DNA from: an uncultured delta proteobacterium
Lineage (GTDB): Bacteria; Desulfobacterota; RBG-13-43-22
Direction of reading: 5' to 3'
Length of the DNA: 64,000 nucleotides
Assembly (NCBI GenBank): GCA_963711835.1
Contig: CAVQFQ010000012.1
Coordinates: 32,001-96,000 of the forward strand
Shown here: one piece after another, positions 26,701 to 36,889 of the stretch
Position numbering within the stretch: position 1 is the stretch's first letter
Layout: each line of letters starts with the position of its first letter
Translations under genes and position numbers: made by a program
Notes under the pieces: generated by a model
Database searches by the model: none
The model's input: the letters and a program-made list of their open reading frames with translations, nothing else
What the model was told of the DNA's origin: nothing

Positions 26701-28332
26701 TTAATATTTGGCAAAAGGATTTTCGGAAAAGGAGACCGCCAGTTCGATAACCCGCATTTCCTTTGACCTCAGAGCAGACCTGTAAGGCCTGTTCAAGCCC
26801 CTGAGGAGTATCGACCCGATCGGCGCCGATACCGAAGGAGGCGGCCAGGGCCGGCAGGTCGGGATTAACCAGGTCTGTTTCGAAGTCCCCTCGGCCGTAG
26901 ATTTGACGTTGAAGGAGATCGATCATCCCGTAGGCCCCGTCATTGACTACGACCACGGGAAAGCCGATGCCGTGACGGCGACAGGTGGCCATTTCCTGGG
27001 CCCCGTACAAAAAACCGCCATCCCCGCTGACAGCGACCACCGGCCTTTCGGGACAGGCGATTTTTAGACCGATGGCCGCGGGAAAGCTGAAGCCGATAAT
27101 CGAGGACCCCTTGGCGGTAACCAGGCCGCCGGGCCTAAAGGATTGGTAGAAATACTCGGCCCAGTAGCCCAGCATGGTGTTGTCGATCACCAGGCTGCCG
27201 TCACGGGCAATGACCCGGCGCAGGGTATCGAGATAGTCTATTTCCCGGCATTTCTTAGCTATGGTTTTCCGCTCCTCCCTGCCCTTGTCCCGCAGGGCTG
27301 AGACCTGCCCCTCCCTGTTTCCGCTTTCCGGGGGCCTTGGATAGGATCCTTTCCGAAAGCCGGCGGGCGATGGCTCGGATATCACCAATGATCCTCATCT
27401 CGGCAGGATAATTCTTGTCGATCCAGGTATCGTTCCAGTCGACATGGATCAGTCGGGGCAGAGACACGCCTCGCCGGTAATAATCCGCGCTGCGCAGACG
27501 GGTCCCGATGGCCAGGGCGATCGTGCTGGAGGTAAGTATCTCCCGGACCACCCCGCGCCGGGCGGCGTTGCCAAAGGCCAGGTCATGATCTTCGGGGATC
27601 AGGCCCTTCCCTTCCGCATTGGTGACCAGCGGCGCCTGGAGCGCCTCGCAAATGGCCCGGATCTCTTCGCCGATACCGGCGCGGACGGCGCCCGTACCGG
27701 CAACGATCAGGGGACGTTCGGCCTCACAGAGGAGCTTCGCGGCCTGATCGAGATCGCCGGACCACGGCTCCGGATTTTGGGCCGGATCAGGGGAAGGCAC
27801 GGCCTCCCCTTCCCTGGAAACATCCCGGTCCCAGAGGTCTGTCGGGACTTCCAAATAGACCGGACCGGGACGCCCGGAAAGGGCCGTTTGAACGGCCTTG
27901 GGAACCATCGTCTTGTACGTCGTCCCCTTTTCGAAAGCAAAATCGCTCCTTGGTCATGTTTTTAAAAATAAGGTCCTGATCTTTCAGTTCGTGGAGAGTC
28001 CCCGTGCCCCGTCCGATCTTGTTGGTGGCAATATTCGTCGTGATGGCCAGGACCGGCGACGAGTTCCCCCAGGCCTCGACCAGGGGGGCCGCCATATAAC
28101 CGGCACCTGGACCTGTGGAGGTAATGACCACACCCACCCCTTTTCCGGCCCGGGCGTAACCGTCGGCCATATGGGTGGCGCAGGATTCATGCCGGCAGAG
28201 AATGTGCCTGATGGACGGCTCTTCCCGCAGGGCATCGTAGAAGCCGATATTGTGGATGCTGGGAATGCCGAAGACATGGTTTACCCCGGCTTTTTTTAAG
28301 GCCCGGACAAAAAGTTCTGAAACTCTGGCCAT
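26701..28332 (-). CDS. Thiamine-pyrophosphate enzyme (acetolactate-synthase-like), split by frameshifts
   Basis: VFGIPSIHN, RHE...MADGYAR, GRPGPVYLEVP, SGDGGF...NDG motifs across three ORFs. Confidence 0.88.
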
Positions 28333-28438
28333 CGATAAGACTCCTTTGATTGGTGTAGGGGTTTTGGGGGATCGCCCAGTCCAGCGGCGGCACGCTGCGC
28401 CGTCCGCTGTAACCGATTTTACCCCCCGGCAAAAGCAT

Positions 28439-30511
28439 TCACTCTCGGGGGGAGGAGACCTTCCGGATCCGGCAGCGGTTGGACTTCAGGTTCGGAAAAC
28501 CGGAGACCGGGTCCGGGGCTTCCGCTCCGGTAAGCTCATTGGCATTGGCCTCCTCCCACCCCTGGGGAATGTGGATGGTGTCCGGTTGAATGCCGGCCGT
28601 GAGCCCCGTCTTCAGCCGGATGCGGCCTACCGGGGTTTCCACCTCCGCCAGGTCCCCGTCGGCCAAACCGTACTGCCGGGCGGTATCGGGGTGAATCTCG
28701 ACCCGCGGTTCCGGGGCCAGGCGTCGAAGACGGGGAAGGGTGCGGTACTGCCAGTGCAGGTACGGGAGCAGGTTGGCACCGGTGCAGAGCAGCAGGGGAT
28801 AGTCGGTTTCCCCGGCGGACTCTCCTGACCCCACCACCGGGAGGGGGGAAGGGTCATAACCAAACCGCCGGAGACGCTCCGGCTCGACCTCCACTTTACC
28901 GCTGGGTGTCCTGAAGCCGCCGGTCTCATACTTGCGGTAGCGCCGCGCTTCGTACTCGAAGCAGCCTCCACGTTCCGCCAGGTCCGAGTAGGTGAGGCCG
29001 AGGTCGCCCAGGATGTGGTCGAGACCGTCCCGGGGACTGGCCCAGGGGAAGTGTTCGCCGAAACCCATGGCCTGCGCCAGCCTGGTCCAGATGGTCTGGT
29101 CCGGAAGTCCGTACACCGGTTCGAGCACTTTTTTTCGAAGCAGTATGAGTTGCTGGTTGTGGTACAAGGGCACCCGGTGCTCGTCCCGTTCCAGGAAGGT
29201 GCAGGCGGGCAGGATGACCTGGGCGGTACGGGTATCCGGGGAATCGACCACGTCGATAACCAGCAGGAACTCCAGTTTCTCGAGGGCCGCTCGAACCCTC
29301 CGACTGTTCGGCCACTCCAGGGAAGGATTGCCCCCGGCGATGATCATGGCCCGGATCGGGTACGGCCGGCCTTCCAGAATCGCGTCCGGTACGGCCAGTG
29401 CCTGGGCCTCCTGCCGCAGGTGACAGAACAGGGGAAAGGTGTCCGACCCCAGGGGCGGGACCGTTGACGGAGGGAGCGGAGCCGTAATATCTCGGAGCTT
29501 GGGCCCGGAGGAAAAAAGGTCTCCGCCCGGCACGTCCAGATTGCCGGTTACGGCCTTCAAAACGGCCAGCAGGCGCATGGTCTCGATCCCCCGTCCGTGA
29601 TGCTCCAGGCCGTTGCCGATCAGCAGACAGGCGGGTTTGGTCGAGGCATAGGCCACGGCGACCCGGCGGACCAGGTCCGCGGGCAGGCCGGTTTCGCGCT
29701 CCCCGGCCTCCGGTGAGAAACGATCGTCAGCGGCCCTCTCCAGCGCGGAAAACCCGTTTATCCAGGCATCCGTGAAGGGACGGTCCCACAGGCCCTGCCG
29801 CAGGATCACATGGAGCAGATTGGCCGCCACGACCCCATCCGTCCCGGGACGCACGGCCAGATGGTAGTCGGCCAGGCCGGCGGTCGGGGTCCGGCGCGGG
29901 TCCACCACGGCCAGCGCGGCGGTCCGGCGGGCCAGTCTACGCATTTCCAGCGGCGTGGTCGGTTCATTGGAAACCAGGGGGTTGCCGCCCCAGACCATCA
30001 GGAAACGGGTGTTGGGGATATCGGGGCGGGTGACCTGACCCAGCGTGAGGGTGTCCGCCATGGTCCGGGCGGCGTTGCACAGGGACCCGACCCCCATGAA
30101 GTTCGGCGTGCCGTAAACGTTGGCAAAACGCTTCATGTAGGACTTGATCTCCTGGTGCCCCACTCCCTCACCGTGGTAGATCGCCAGGCTCTGGGGACCG
30201 TAGGTTTTTCGGATGCGATGCAGTTCGCGGGCCGCCCGTCCCAGAGCTTCCTCCCAGGAGGCTTGGTGGAGGCGGCCATCACCTTGGCGGATGAGGGGGG
30301 TGGTGATTCTCCGGGGCGAGGAGAAGAAGTCCAGGGCCGCCAGGCCTTTGACGCACAGCCAACCCCGGCTGTACGGATGGCGCTTATCCCCTTTGACCCG
30401 CACCGGCCGCCCGTCCGGACCCAGCGACACCTCCAGGCCGCAGCCCTGTTCGCACATCCGGCAAAGGGTGGTGATGATCCGATCAGAGGCCCTGAGGTCT
30501 CTATGGCCCAT
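28439..30511 (-). CDS. Molybdopterin (Mo/W-bisPGD) oxidoreductase catalytic subunit
   Basis: CRMCEQGC...LCVKG FS0 cluster, GSLC Mo-ligand Cys, WGGNP, VVDPRRT, C-terminal IHPDTA domain; no Tat signal seen. Confidence 0.92.
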   Translation of the reverse strand: MGHRDLRASDRIITTLCRMCEQGCGLEVSLGPDGRPVRVKGDKRHPYSRGWLCVKGLAALDFFSSPRRITTPLIRQGDGRLHQASWEEALGRAARELHRIRKTYGPQSLAIYHGEGVGHQEIKSYMKRFANVYGTPNFMGVGSLCNAARTMADTLTLGQVTRPDIPNTRFLMVWGGNPLVSNEPTTPLEMRRLARRTAALAVVDPRRTPTAGLADYHLAVRPGTDGVVAANLLHVILRQGLWDRPFTDAWINGFSALERAADDRFSPEAGERETGLPADLVRRVAVAYASTKPACLLIGNGLEHHGRGIETMRLLAVLKAVTGNLDVPGGDLFSSGPKLRDITAPLPPSTVPPLGSDTFPLFCHLRQEAQALAVPDAILEGRPYPIRAMIIAGGNPSLEWPNSRRVRAALEKLEFLLVIDVVDSPDTRTAQVILPACTFLERDEHRVPLYHNQQLILLRKKVLEPVYGLPDQTIWTRLAQAMGFGEHFPWASPRDGLDHILGDLGLTYSDLAERGGCFEYEARRYRKYETGGFRTPSGKVEVEPERLRRFGYDPSPLPVVGSGESAGETDYPLLLCTGANLLPYLHWQYRTLPRLRRLAPEPRVEIHPDTARQYGLADGDLAEVETPVGRIRLKTGLTAGIQPDTIHIPQGWEEANANELTGAEAPDPVSGFPNLKSNRCRIRKVSSPRE

Positions 30512-30675
30512 GGTTCATCCCGAGGTTTTAAAGGGTTGAAGAGGTCCGACCAGATCTCTGCTATTCTTGGTTCGAGACGAAATATGATTGGCTCGCGGCA
30601 TCGGTGTTCCGGTTAGAAGCTTCTTTTTGGGGGTAAAAAGTGTGATGTAATGCCTTTTTTACCCTTATAAATCCA

Positions 30676-31059
30676 TCACCAGGCCCGATGGACCACCACA
30701 TCCGGCATGGGATAGTGCTTTTTATTGAGGGTATAGATGACTCCGCCCGTCTTCATGGCTGTGGCGGCTAATATAGCGCCATGAATATCCACCCCGTGAC
30801 CGGGGTGCCAGCGGCGGTATAATCCTCCGGCCAGATCGATAATTGGCTGGTCGACCGCAGCGGTTTTGAATTGGGACAGGAATAATTCAGTGGCTTTCTC
30901 CTCTTCGGGCCGCATAAAAAAGACGATCTCCGCCCTTTGCATGGCCCCGGTCCAAAGTTCATAACGGTGGTCCGCCCACATGGTCCTGAGAAAATGCAGG
31001 GCCTTTCGATCTCCTCGCAGGTGCCAGATCAGCACATCCGAATCAATATAGATCCTCAT
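30676..31059 (-). CDS. PIN-domain (VapC-like) toxin
   Basis: IYIDSDVLI...AILAATA...TLNKKHY; one conserved Asp appears replaced (DIHGA). Confidence 0.85.
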   Translation of the reverse strand: MRIYIDSDVLIWHLRGDRKALHFLRTMWADHRYELWTGAMQRAEIVFFMRPEEEKATELFLSQFKTAAVDQPIIDLAGGLYRRWHPGHGVDIHGAILAATAMKTGGVIYTLNKKHYPMPDVVVHRAW

Positions 31060-31313
31060 GACTGATGTCGTTCCATGGATTTCCGGAAGCCCTCCCGAAC
31101 CCGAATAACGGTTTCCTGAGAGGATTCCGGCCTATTCCAGGCACCGCAAGTCTGGTCCAGAATATCAATCGCCTGGCTTGAAGCCGACTGATTCGCGTAA
31201 GAATGAATGGCCTCCTCAATAACAGCTTTTTTCGTCTTTTTCAGTTTTTGGGCCAGCAGACCGATTTTTCGGATAGTGGTTTCATCGACCCGGGCCGATA
31301 ATATTTTGTCCAT
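31056..31313 (-). CDS. RHH/CopG-type antitoxin
   Basis: Overlaps the toxin start (ATGA); ILSARVDE...KKAVIEEAI. Confidence 0.8.
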   Translation of the reverse strand: MDKILSARVDETTIRKIGLLAQKLKKTKKAVIEEAIHSYANQSASSQAIDILDQTCGAWNRPESSQETVIRVREGFRKSMERHQS

Positions 31314-31380
31314 TTTTAATCCCTCCCGATCTTTCGTTACCCTAAAACAGGCCCCATTAGTTTACTCTACAGCCATTTTT

Positions 31381-31420
31381 CTTACGTTTACATTATAACG
31401 TAAGTTCTGGTTCGGATCAA
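31381..31420 (-). promoter_or_regulatory. TA promoter with palindromic operator
   Basis: TTGATC-17-TATAAT overlapped by CTTACGTT-8-AACGTAAG. Confidence 0.65.
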
Positions 31421-31495
31421 CGCTTTTTTTGGATGGGGTACCGGAAGGAGGTGGTAAAACTGGGGTCTTTTACCCTCACCCGCAATTCCCTTTAT

Positions 31496-31567
31496 GAAAA
31501 TAATAATCAGTCCGTTAGACCTCTTCTATTTCCAAGGTCCAGGAGCAGTCGATACAGCCCTTGATGG
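31496..31567. repeat. 72-bp direct repeat copy (3' end of the OsmC-like gene plus downstream bases)
   Basis: Matches 35695-35766 with 3 mismatches, offset 4199. Confidence 0.9.
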
Positions 31568-31750
31568 CATGTTTAACCTCCTGCAATTCTTCTATAATGG
31601 ACGTATGGCCAGAAGACATAACCACTGGCTGCGAAACCTTAACGGCTTTGGGTCCCGCCCTTTATTGAGATCACCTGGCAGGCTAAGGGGACAGTCAAGA
31701 GCAAGTTTCATGAGCCTCTTCGGCCCTATCCTCCAATTATCTTCGGAAAA

Positions 31751-33589
31751 TCAAAAACGATACTTGCCTCCTACGATCTCAAGATACAGCTCTTTTGTAA
31801 GCGGCACGTATGTTTCAGTGCCGGGCAGAATTACGTACAAAGGCTCTGAAACCTTTGCCGGATCAAAGGCCTCATTCCTGAGTGCGGTTTTCTTGATCTT
31901 GTGAGTGGCCGTCGTTTCGAACGCCTTCATGAACCGGATGAACCTTGGAACGGCATAGTGGGGCAGGCCCTTGACGACAATCTCCCCTAACGCTTTCATA
32001 TCGAACACATCCACAGTTGTCGCCGGGACAAGGGCCGCCATCCCGGCGCGGCCATCCGTTCCGGGTATCTTGACCCCATAGGCGGTAGACTCCGCCACCT
32101 GATTATGGGTGTTAAGCACCTTTTCAACCTCTCCGGTAGACACGTTTTCACCCTTCCAGCGAAAGGTGTCTCCAAGGCGATCAACAAACAGGATGTGCCT
32201 GAAACCCTGATTCAGAACCAGATCGCCGAAGTTGAACCAGGAATCTCCCTTTGTAAATACATCGCGGAATATTTTCTTTTCCGTCTCTTCCTTGTCTTTG
32301 TATCCGGCAAAAGGAAGGCTCTCATTAATCTCGGCCAGTAGGAGACCCACCTCGCCCTTTTGGACCCTTTGCATAAAGGCGTTTTCATCTTTGACCGGCT
32401 CATTCGCGTCAACATCATACTTTATGATCGCATACGGCGTCCGGCACGTACCCACGGTGCAATCGACATTCAGCAGGTTGGTAAAAACCAGGGGGCCTTC
32501 CGCCGCCCCATAAAGCTCAAAGACCTTCTTAATACCGAAACGCTTTTTAAAAGCCTTCCAGATATCAGGCCTCAGGCCGTTTCCCACGCAAGCCACAAGC
32601 GGATTATCCGCATCGTCAGATCTTTGGGGCTGGTTCATCAGATAGCGACAGATTTCCCCAATATAGATAAACGAGTTGGCGTTGAACCTGCGCACATCGC
32701 TCAGAAAGTTGCTCGCCGAAAACTTTCTTCTGATGGCCAGAGCCGCTCCCCCACCTGCTACGGCGCTCCAGGAAACGTTCAAGGCATTGGTGTGGTAAAA
32801 CGGCAGGGGACAATAATGGACATCTTTAGGTTTGAGATTCATCACAATTTTTCCAAACCAGTATTGGGCGGTAAACCAGCGCCGATGGGTCTGGACCGAG
32901 GCCTTGGGCAGCCCTGTGGTTCCCGAGGTGAAGACATAGGCAAAAGGGTCTCCCAGGGTTACCTGACCGGTGGTTGGCGGATTATTCGAGGATTGACCTT
33001 TGAGAACGTCCGGAAGGTCGACATACCCGGCGGGGCAGGGCCTTTGGCCGGCCTCCGGTTGGTAATACAGGGCATCTTTTTCATTCAATTTGAGGCCGTC
33101 CTTGATCTCCTCGAAAGCATCGATCAGTTCTTCGCCGACCATAAAGTGCCTGCCCCGAGCAAGATTGATGCTGTATTTCAGAACTTCTCCCCGCTGATTG
33201 GGGTTGATCAGCGAAGAAATCGCGCCGAGCTTGGACATGGCGCCGATCATCATGAGAAGCTCGGGCCGGTTGTCCAAGAAGACGACGACCTCATCGCCTT
33301 TTTGAACCCCCTGAGACAAAAAATAATGAGCATATCGATTAATGGCTTCGTTGAATTCCCGATGGGTGTATTTCACATTCTCGTACAGAATGGCCGTCCT
33401 GTCCGCATGGACTTCGGCGTTGTGCTCCATCGCGCTTCCCATGGACATGCGGTCATCACCTTGAAAGTTCAGCAGCCTTTTCATCGTCCAGATGATGGAA
33501 GGCAAACGCCAGGACACCGCAAGCAGACCAGGCAAGATATCCGTCAAGCGCAGAACATTGGATTGGCTGTCTTGAATAGCTTTGGTCAA
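31751..33589 (-). CDS. Long-chain acyl-CoA synthetase (FATP/FadD6-like)
   Basis: YVFTSGTTGLPK, YIGEICRYL, DRLGDTFRWKGENVST. Confidence 0.93.
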   Translation of the reverse strand: MTKAIQDSQSNVLRLTDILPGLLAVSWRLPSIIWTMKRLLNFQGDDRMSMGSAMEHNAEVHADRTAILYENVKYTHREFNEAINRYAHYFLSQGVQKGDEVVVFLDNRPELLMMIGAMSKLGAISSLINPNQRGEVLKYSINLARGRHFMVGEELIDAFEEIKDGLKLNEKDALYYQPEAGQRPCPAGYVDLPDVLKGQSSNNPPTTGQVTLGDPFAYVFTSGTTGLPKASVQTHRRWFTAQYWFGKIVMNLKPKDVHYCPLPFYHTNALNVSWSAVAGGGAALAIRRKFSASNFLSDVRRFNANSFIYIGEICRYLMNQPQRSDDADNPLVACVGNGLRPDIWKAFKKRFGIKKVFELYGAAEGPLVFTNLLNVDCTVGTCRTPYAIIKYDVDANEPVKDENAFMQRVQKGEVGLLLAEINESLPFAGYKDKEETEKKIFRDVFTKGDSWFNFGDLVLNQGFRHILFVDRLGDTFRWKGENVSTGEVEKVLNTHNQVAESTAYGVKIPGTDGRAGMAALVPATTVDVFDMKALGEIVVKGLPHYAVPRFIRFMKAFETTATHKIKKTALRNEAFDPAKVSEPLYVILPGTETYVPLTKELYLEIVGGKYRF

Positions 33590-33613
33590 TGTCCCCTCCC
33601 TCTTTCTCCGTAT

Positions 33614-34078
33614 TTAACCCTTCGCCCTATCGAGCACCGATTCCTCCCTCAGGGCCAACGTAGCGGCCAGAGCCAGGGCCATGGCCGCAGCCACGATGAA
33701 AAAAGACATCTGGTAACTACCCGTCCTGTCGAAGATATATCCGGCCATCAGAGGTCCTGTTCCGAATCCGAGCCCATCGGCCACGGAAAGCGCGCCAAAG
33801 ATCGCTCCCATGGAACCCAAACCGAAAATGTGCGAGGTCAGTTTGGGGATAAGGACGATGTTGCCCCCGTAGGAGAGGCCGAAAATCGCAGCGAACAGAT
33901 AAAACGCCCACGTCGAATCCGCCTTCACCGGCAGAGCATCAAGAACACGCCTGGATGAGAATGCCCGCCGCAAGGACCAGCCTGCCAATTCGTAACGGCA
34001 GTGATGCCGGAAACGCGGCGCCCCGACTACCCACCAGCCGAAATAAACCCCCTCAGTTTCGGAACGATCAGAGTTCAC
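33614..34078 (-). pseudogene. Internally deleted MFS transporter
   Basis: N-terminal YFGWWVV joined almost directly to the last TMs (FGLSYGG...FGLGSMGAIFG...GPLMAGYIFDRTGSY). Confidence 0.75.
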
Positions 34079-34156
34079 AAGATCCGCATCCGTATTGGTG
34101 AGGAGCTAAAAGGGGACAGGCAACCTTCACCTTCTCCTTCATGAGACCCTCCTTTA

Positions 34157-35242
34157 CTATTTGTATTTTGCGAAGTCCACTCCTCTCACCCGCCCCCGTT
34201 CTTCGAACCAAGTCTCTTCATTTATGGGCGGGGGCACTATTTGGTCATGCTCTTTGTGAACCAATTGAATAGCCTCGCCGGAGCAGGTGCTTATACAAAG
34301 ACCGCAACCGATGCATCTTTCCGGAATGATGTGATAGGCCTCTTCGCCTTCTTCGATGGCCTTCACCTGGCATCGCTCATCGGCACAGATGCCGCACTGG
34401 AGACATTTTTCCGGATCAATCTCGGCGTAATAATGGGAATTGATGACTTTGGAAGCCGGAATGCCCAATTTATTAATGGCCTTCAAGACCCCACAGCAGC
34501 AGCCGCAGCAATTACAGATGTAGATATTTCCCCACTGCATATTGGCCGTCAGGTGCACGAGTCCCAACTCCTCCGTTTTCTTTAATAAGGCATAGGCCTC
34601 CTCCCTGGTGAGCACCCGACCCTGAGGGGCCTTATCAAAGACTCCGGGGATGGGGGCGATGGCTAAACAGACCTGCACCGGGCGGTCACAGGGCTTGTCC
34701 AACAGTCCCTGCTCTTTTTTACAGATGCAGTCATTGACCAAAAAGGACTGGCTTTGTTCAATAAGGGTGGAAACCCTCTCATAAGATAAGGCTTCCTGCT
34801 GTACGGCGATCTCTTTTTCGATAGGCAGCACCTGCATCAATTGGGGTGTCTTGGAAAAGAACTGCTGTCCGTAGATATCCCGGTACCCGTCATACAATAC
34901 CGCAAAATCCTTATCCATCCGTTCATTCTGAAACTCATAGATCCCGAATACCCAGGGTAGCATCTTAAAGACCCAAGCACCTCCAAAGTCGATGGCGAAG
35001 AGCTGGCCGGCCTTTCCCATGGCCTTCAACCTTTCCTCCAAACCCTCCAGGGGGCGTCCCGTTCTCTCAGCCACTTGGTCGGCCGTTTCAAAGGTCAGCC
35101 GCAGATCGCAAAAAAGGTCGGCTTGTTCCGGAGTGAATATCTTTTTCAAAAGCCGAATCTCCGCACCGTCTTCCGTAGCCGGGAATCCATTCGGCAAGGT
35201 ATCCAGGACTCGGGCCAATTTCAAATAGGCATCTTCTTCCAT
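34157..35242 (-). CDS. 4Fe-4S dicluster domain protein
   Basis: CICKK, ICNCCGCCC, CLQCGICADERC and CIGCGLCISTC motifs. Confidence 0.88.
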   Translation of the reverse strand: MEEDAYLKLARVLDTLPNGFPATEDGAEIRLLKKIFTPEQADLFCDLRLTFETADQVAERTGRPLEGLEERLKAMGKAGQLFAIDFGGAWVFKMLPWVFGIYEFQNERMDKDFAVLYDGYRDIYGQQFFSKTPQLMQVLPIEKEIAVQQEALSYERVSTLIEQSQSFLVNDCICKKEQGLLDKPCDRPVQVCLAIAPIPGVFDKAPQGRVLTREEAYALLKKTEELGLVHLTANMQWGNIYICNCCGCCCGVLKAINKLGIPASKVINSHYYAEIDPEKCLQCGICADERCQVKAIEEGEEAYHIIPERCIGCGLCISTCSGEAIQLVHKEHDQIVPPPINEETWFEERGRVRGVDFAKYK

Positions 35243-35293
35243 GATTTTTCTCCTGTAGTTTTTTGTAAAACGGAATTAACCTGTAAATCCTGT

Positions 35294-35660
35294 CTAACGA
35301 ATTTTTCTTGTCTTTCTCTTGCCCGCCTCCAGGTCTTTCAAGGCTTGGTCGCATCACTCGACGACGACCATCCGGGCGTTCCGCCGACCGAAATCAAGGG
35401 TCAGGCCCCAGTAATAAGGATCCTTGGCAGAGTCGGCCCGGGTTGAATATTCCTTAATGACCGGCAGCACTTCCTTCTCGAATTTTTAAAGTAAGCCCTT
35501 ATGGTACTCCCGCCACCTCTTCAGATGTTCTTTGAACTGGTCCGGCGGCAACTGATTTCCAAAAAAAACCTTCACCAGCATCGGCAACCGCGGTCCCGGC
35601 ATTTCCGGCGGTTCGGCCAGCCAACTCAGAAGCTCCTGCCGAGCCGCCTGAGCCGGGGTC
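35294..35660 (-). pseudogene. PadR-family regulator C-terminal remnant
   Basis: Manual translation ARQELLSWLAEPP...LVKVFFG...LL*KFE...YWGLTLDFGRRNARMVVE*CDQAL: two in-frame stops, wHTH domain missing. Confidence 0.65.
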
Positions 35661-35694
35661 GGACCAGACCAACCCCTCAGTAACTACGTTCGAC

Positions 35695-35766
35695 GAAAAC
35701 AATAATCAGTCCCTTAGACCTCTTCTATTTCCAAGGTCCAGGAACAGTCGATACAGCCCTTGATGG
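35695..35766. repeat. 72-bp direct repeat copy in the resident OsmC-like gene end
   Basis: See 31496-31567. Confidence 0.9.
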
Positions 35767-36187
35767 ATTGATAGGCCGGGCAGTTCTTCGAATAGGTGGC
35801 CAAGGCCTTTTCCGCGTCCTCCCGTTTTCCCTTCGGAATTTTCATCTGATACCGGAGCCGGATTTTCGTGATCCTCAAGACCCCCTCAACCTCTTCGATG
35901 TCCCCCTCCACCTGGGCGATCAGGATGTCTTCGGTCTTTATGCCCCGCACCTCCAGTGCGGCCGACAGGGTGCCGGTCAGTCACCCCCCGATGCCGGCAA
36001 TCATATAGTCCAGGGTGGCCGGATACTCGGGACCTTCGATCTTACGTCCGTACTTTTCCTGGTAAAATTCCTTGATGCCCCCGTGAATCCCGAAGTGGAC
36101 CGGCTCCGCGAAATCCCCGAAGTGGGCCGTCCGATGGGGCCCCTGGTGCTTCTCGATGCGAATTCGACTGGTGTGAGCGACTGACAT
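35714..36187 (-). CDS. OsmC-like selenoprotein (in-frame UGA at 35981-35983)
   Basis: ...DYMIAGIGG-TGA-LTGTLSAALEVRGIK...CPAYQSIKGCI is one continuous frame; UGA at the OsmC first-Cys position; CCGCAC-TGGAG-GTGCGG hairpin about 19 nt downstream. Confidence 0.85.
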
Positions 36188-36216
36188 GAGTTGACCTCCT
36201 TCGTACAAAAAGTATG

Positions 36217-36628
36217 AAGGATGAAGGATGAATTATGAAGCATTGGCCTTCGTCTTCTTTGAGATGGTGGTGAAGATGGCGAGGAGTTGATCGCATTCGT
36301 CGCGCAGGTCGGCGAGTCTCGCATTGGGAACAATCGACGACTCGGCCAGCAGCTCAAGCCAATAGGCGGTTTCGTCGAGTTCCTTGAGACAGTCACCGAT
36401 TTTGGCGATGAACTCCGGTTTCGACCTCGCCCGATTGGCCTCGCGGTAATTGGCTCCAACGGATGTGCCGGAACGTAGGACTTGTTTGCCCAACACCTGC
36501 GCTTCGGTTGACTTTGGCAATGCGGAATACATCCGAATCACCCGTAACGCAAATTCCTTCGTCCGAATCTGCAAATCCTTCGGCTCCTGCTTCTTTCCTT
36601 CATCATTCATAATTCATCCTTCATCCTT
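36217..36628. repeat. Perfect 23-bp inverted repeat (36217-36239 / 36606-36628) built of GGATGAA heptamers
   Basis: AAGGATGAAGGATGAATTATGAA versus its exact reverse complement. Confidence 0.9.
36233..36610 (-). CDS. Four helix bundle protein (IVS-protein/TIGR02436-like)
   Basis: DLQIRTKEFALRVI...QVLRSGTSVGANYREANRARSKPEFIAKI...KELDETAYWLELL. Confidence 0.9.
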   Translation of the reverse strand: MNDEGKKQEPKDLQIRTKEFALRVIRMYSALPKSTEAQVLGKQVLRSGTSVGANYREANRARSKPEFIAKIGDCLKELDETAYWLELLAESSIVPNARLADLRDECDQLLAIFTTISKKTKANAS

Positions 36629-36717
36629 TCCTTCTCTTCCCCCCAGACGCGGGCGAGGGTGGCCTGGATCTTTTTCTCGAAGCGGGCGATCAGTTCGCGG
36701 GTAGCGGCGACCAGCGC
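36607..36717 (-). pseudogene. C-terminal stub resembling restriction-modification methylase/specificity fusion proteins
   Basis: ALVAATRELIARFEKKIQATLARVWGEE...*; family assignment recalled, not searched. Confidence 0.5.
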
Positions 36718-36889
36718 CTAGTTGGCGAGATCGGGGTCACTTGGTTCCCGGTCCTGATGAGCCAGGTATTCGTTTCTAAAGGTGTAAATAGTATCCCCCA
36801 AAACAGCTTTGAGTCAAAATGAGTAAGATAGTAACATATCAGGTGGCCGATAGAATTCGGTGAGATGTTCCGAAAATTTCTCCCATATT

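Noticed and set aside
32360-33958. 532-aa plus-strand ORF
   Set aside because: Antisense shadow of the acyl-CoA synthetase with no recognisable motifs
35350-35365. In-frame TGA in the PadR relic as selenocysteine
   Set aside because: Falls at a probable Trp position (EWC), the frame also has a TAA, and the gene is 5'-truncated
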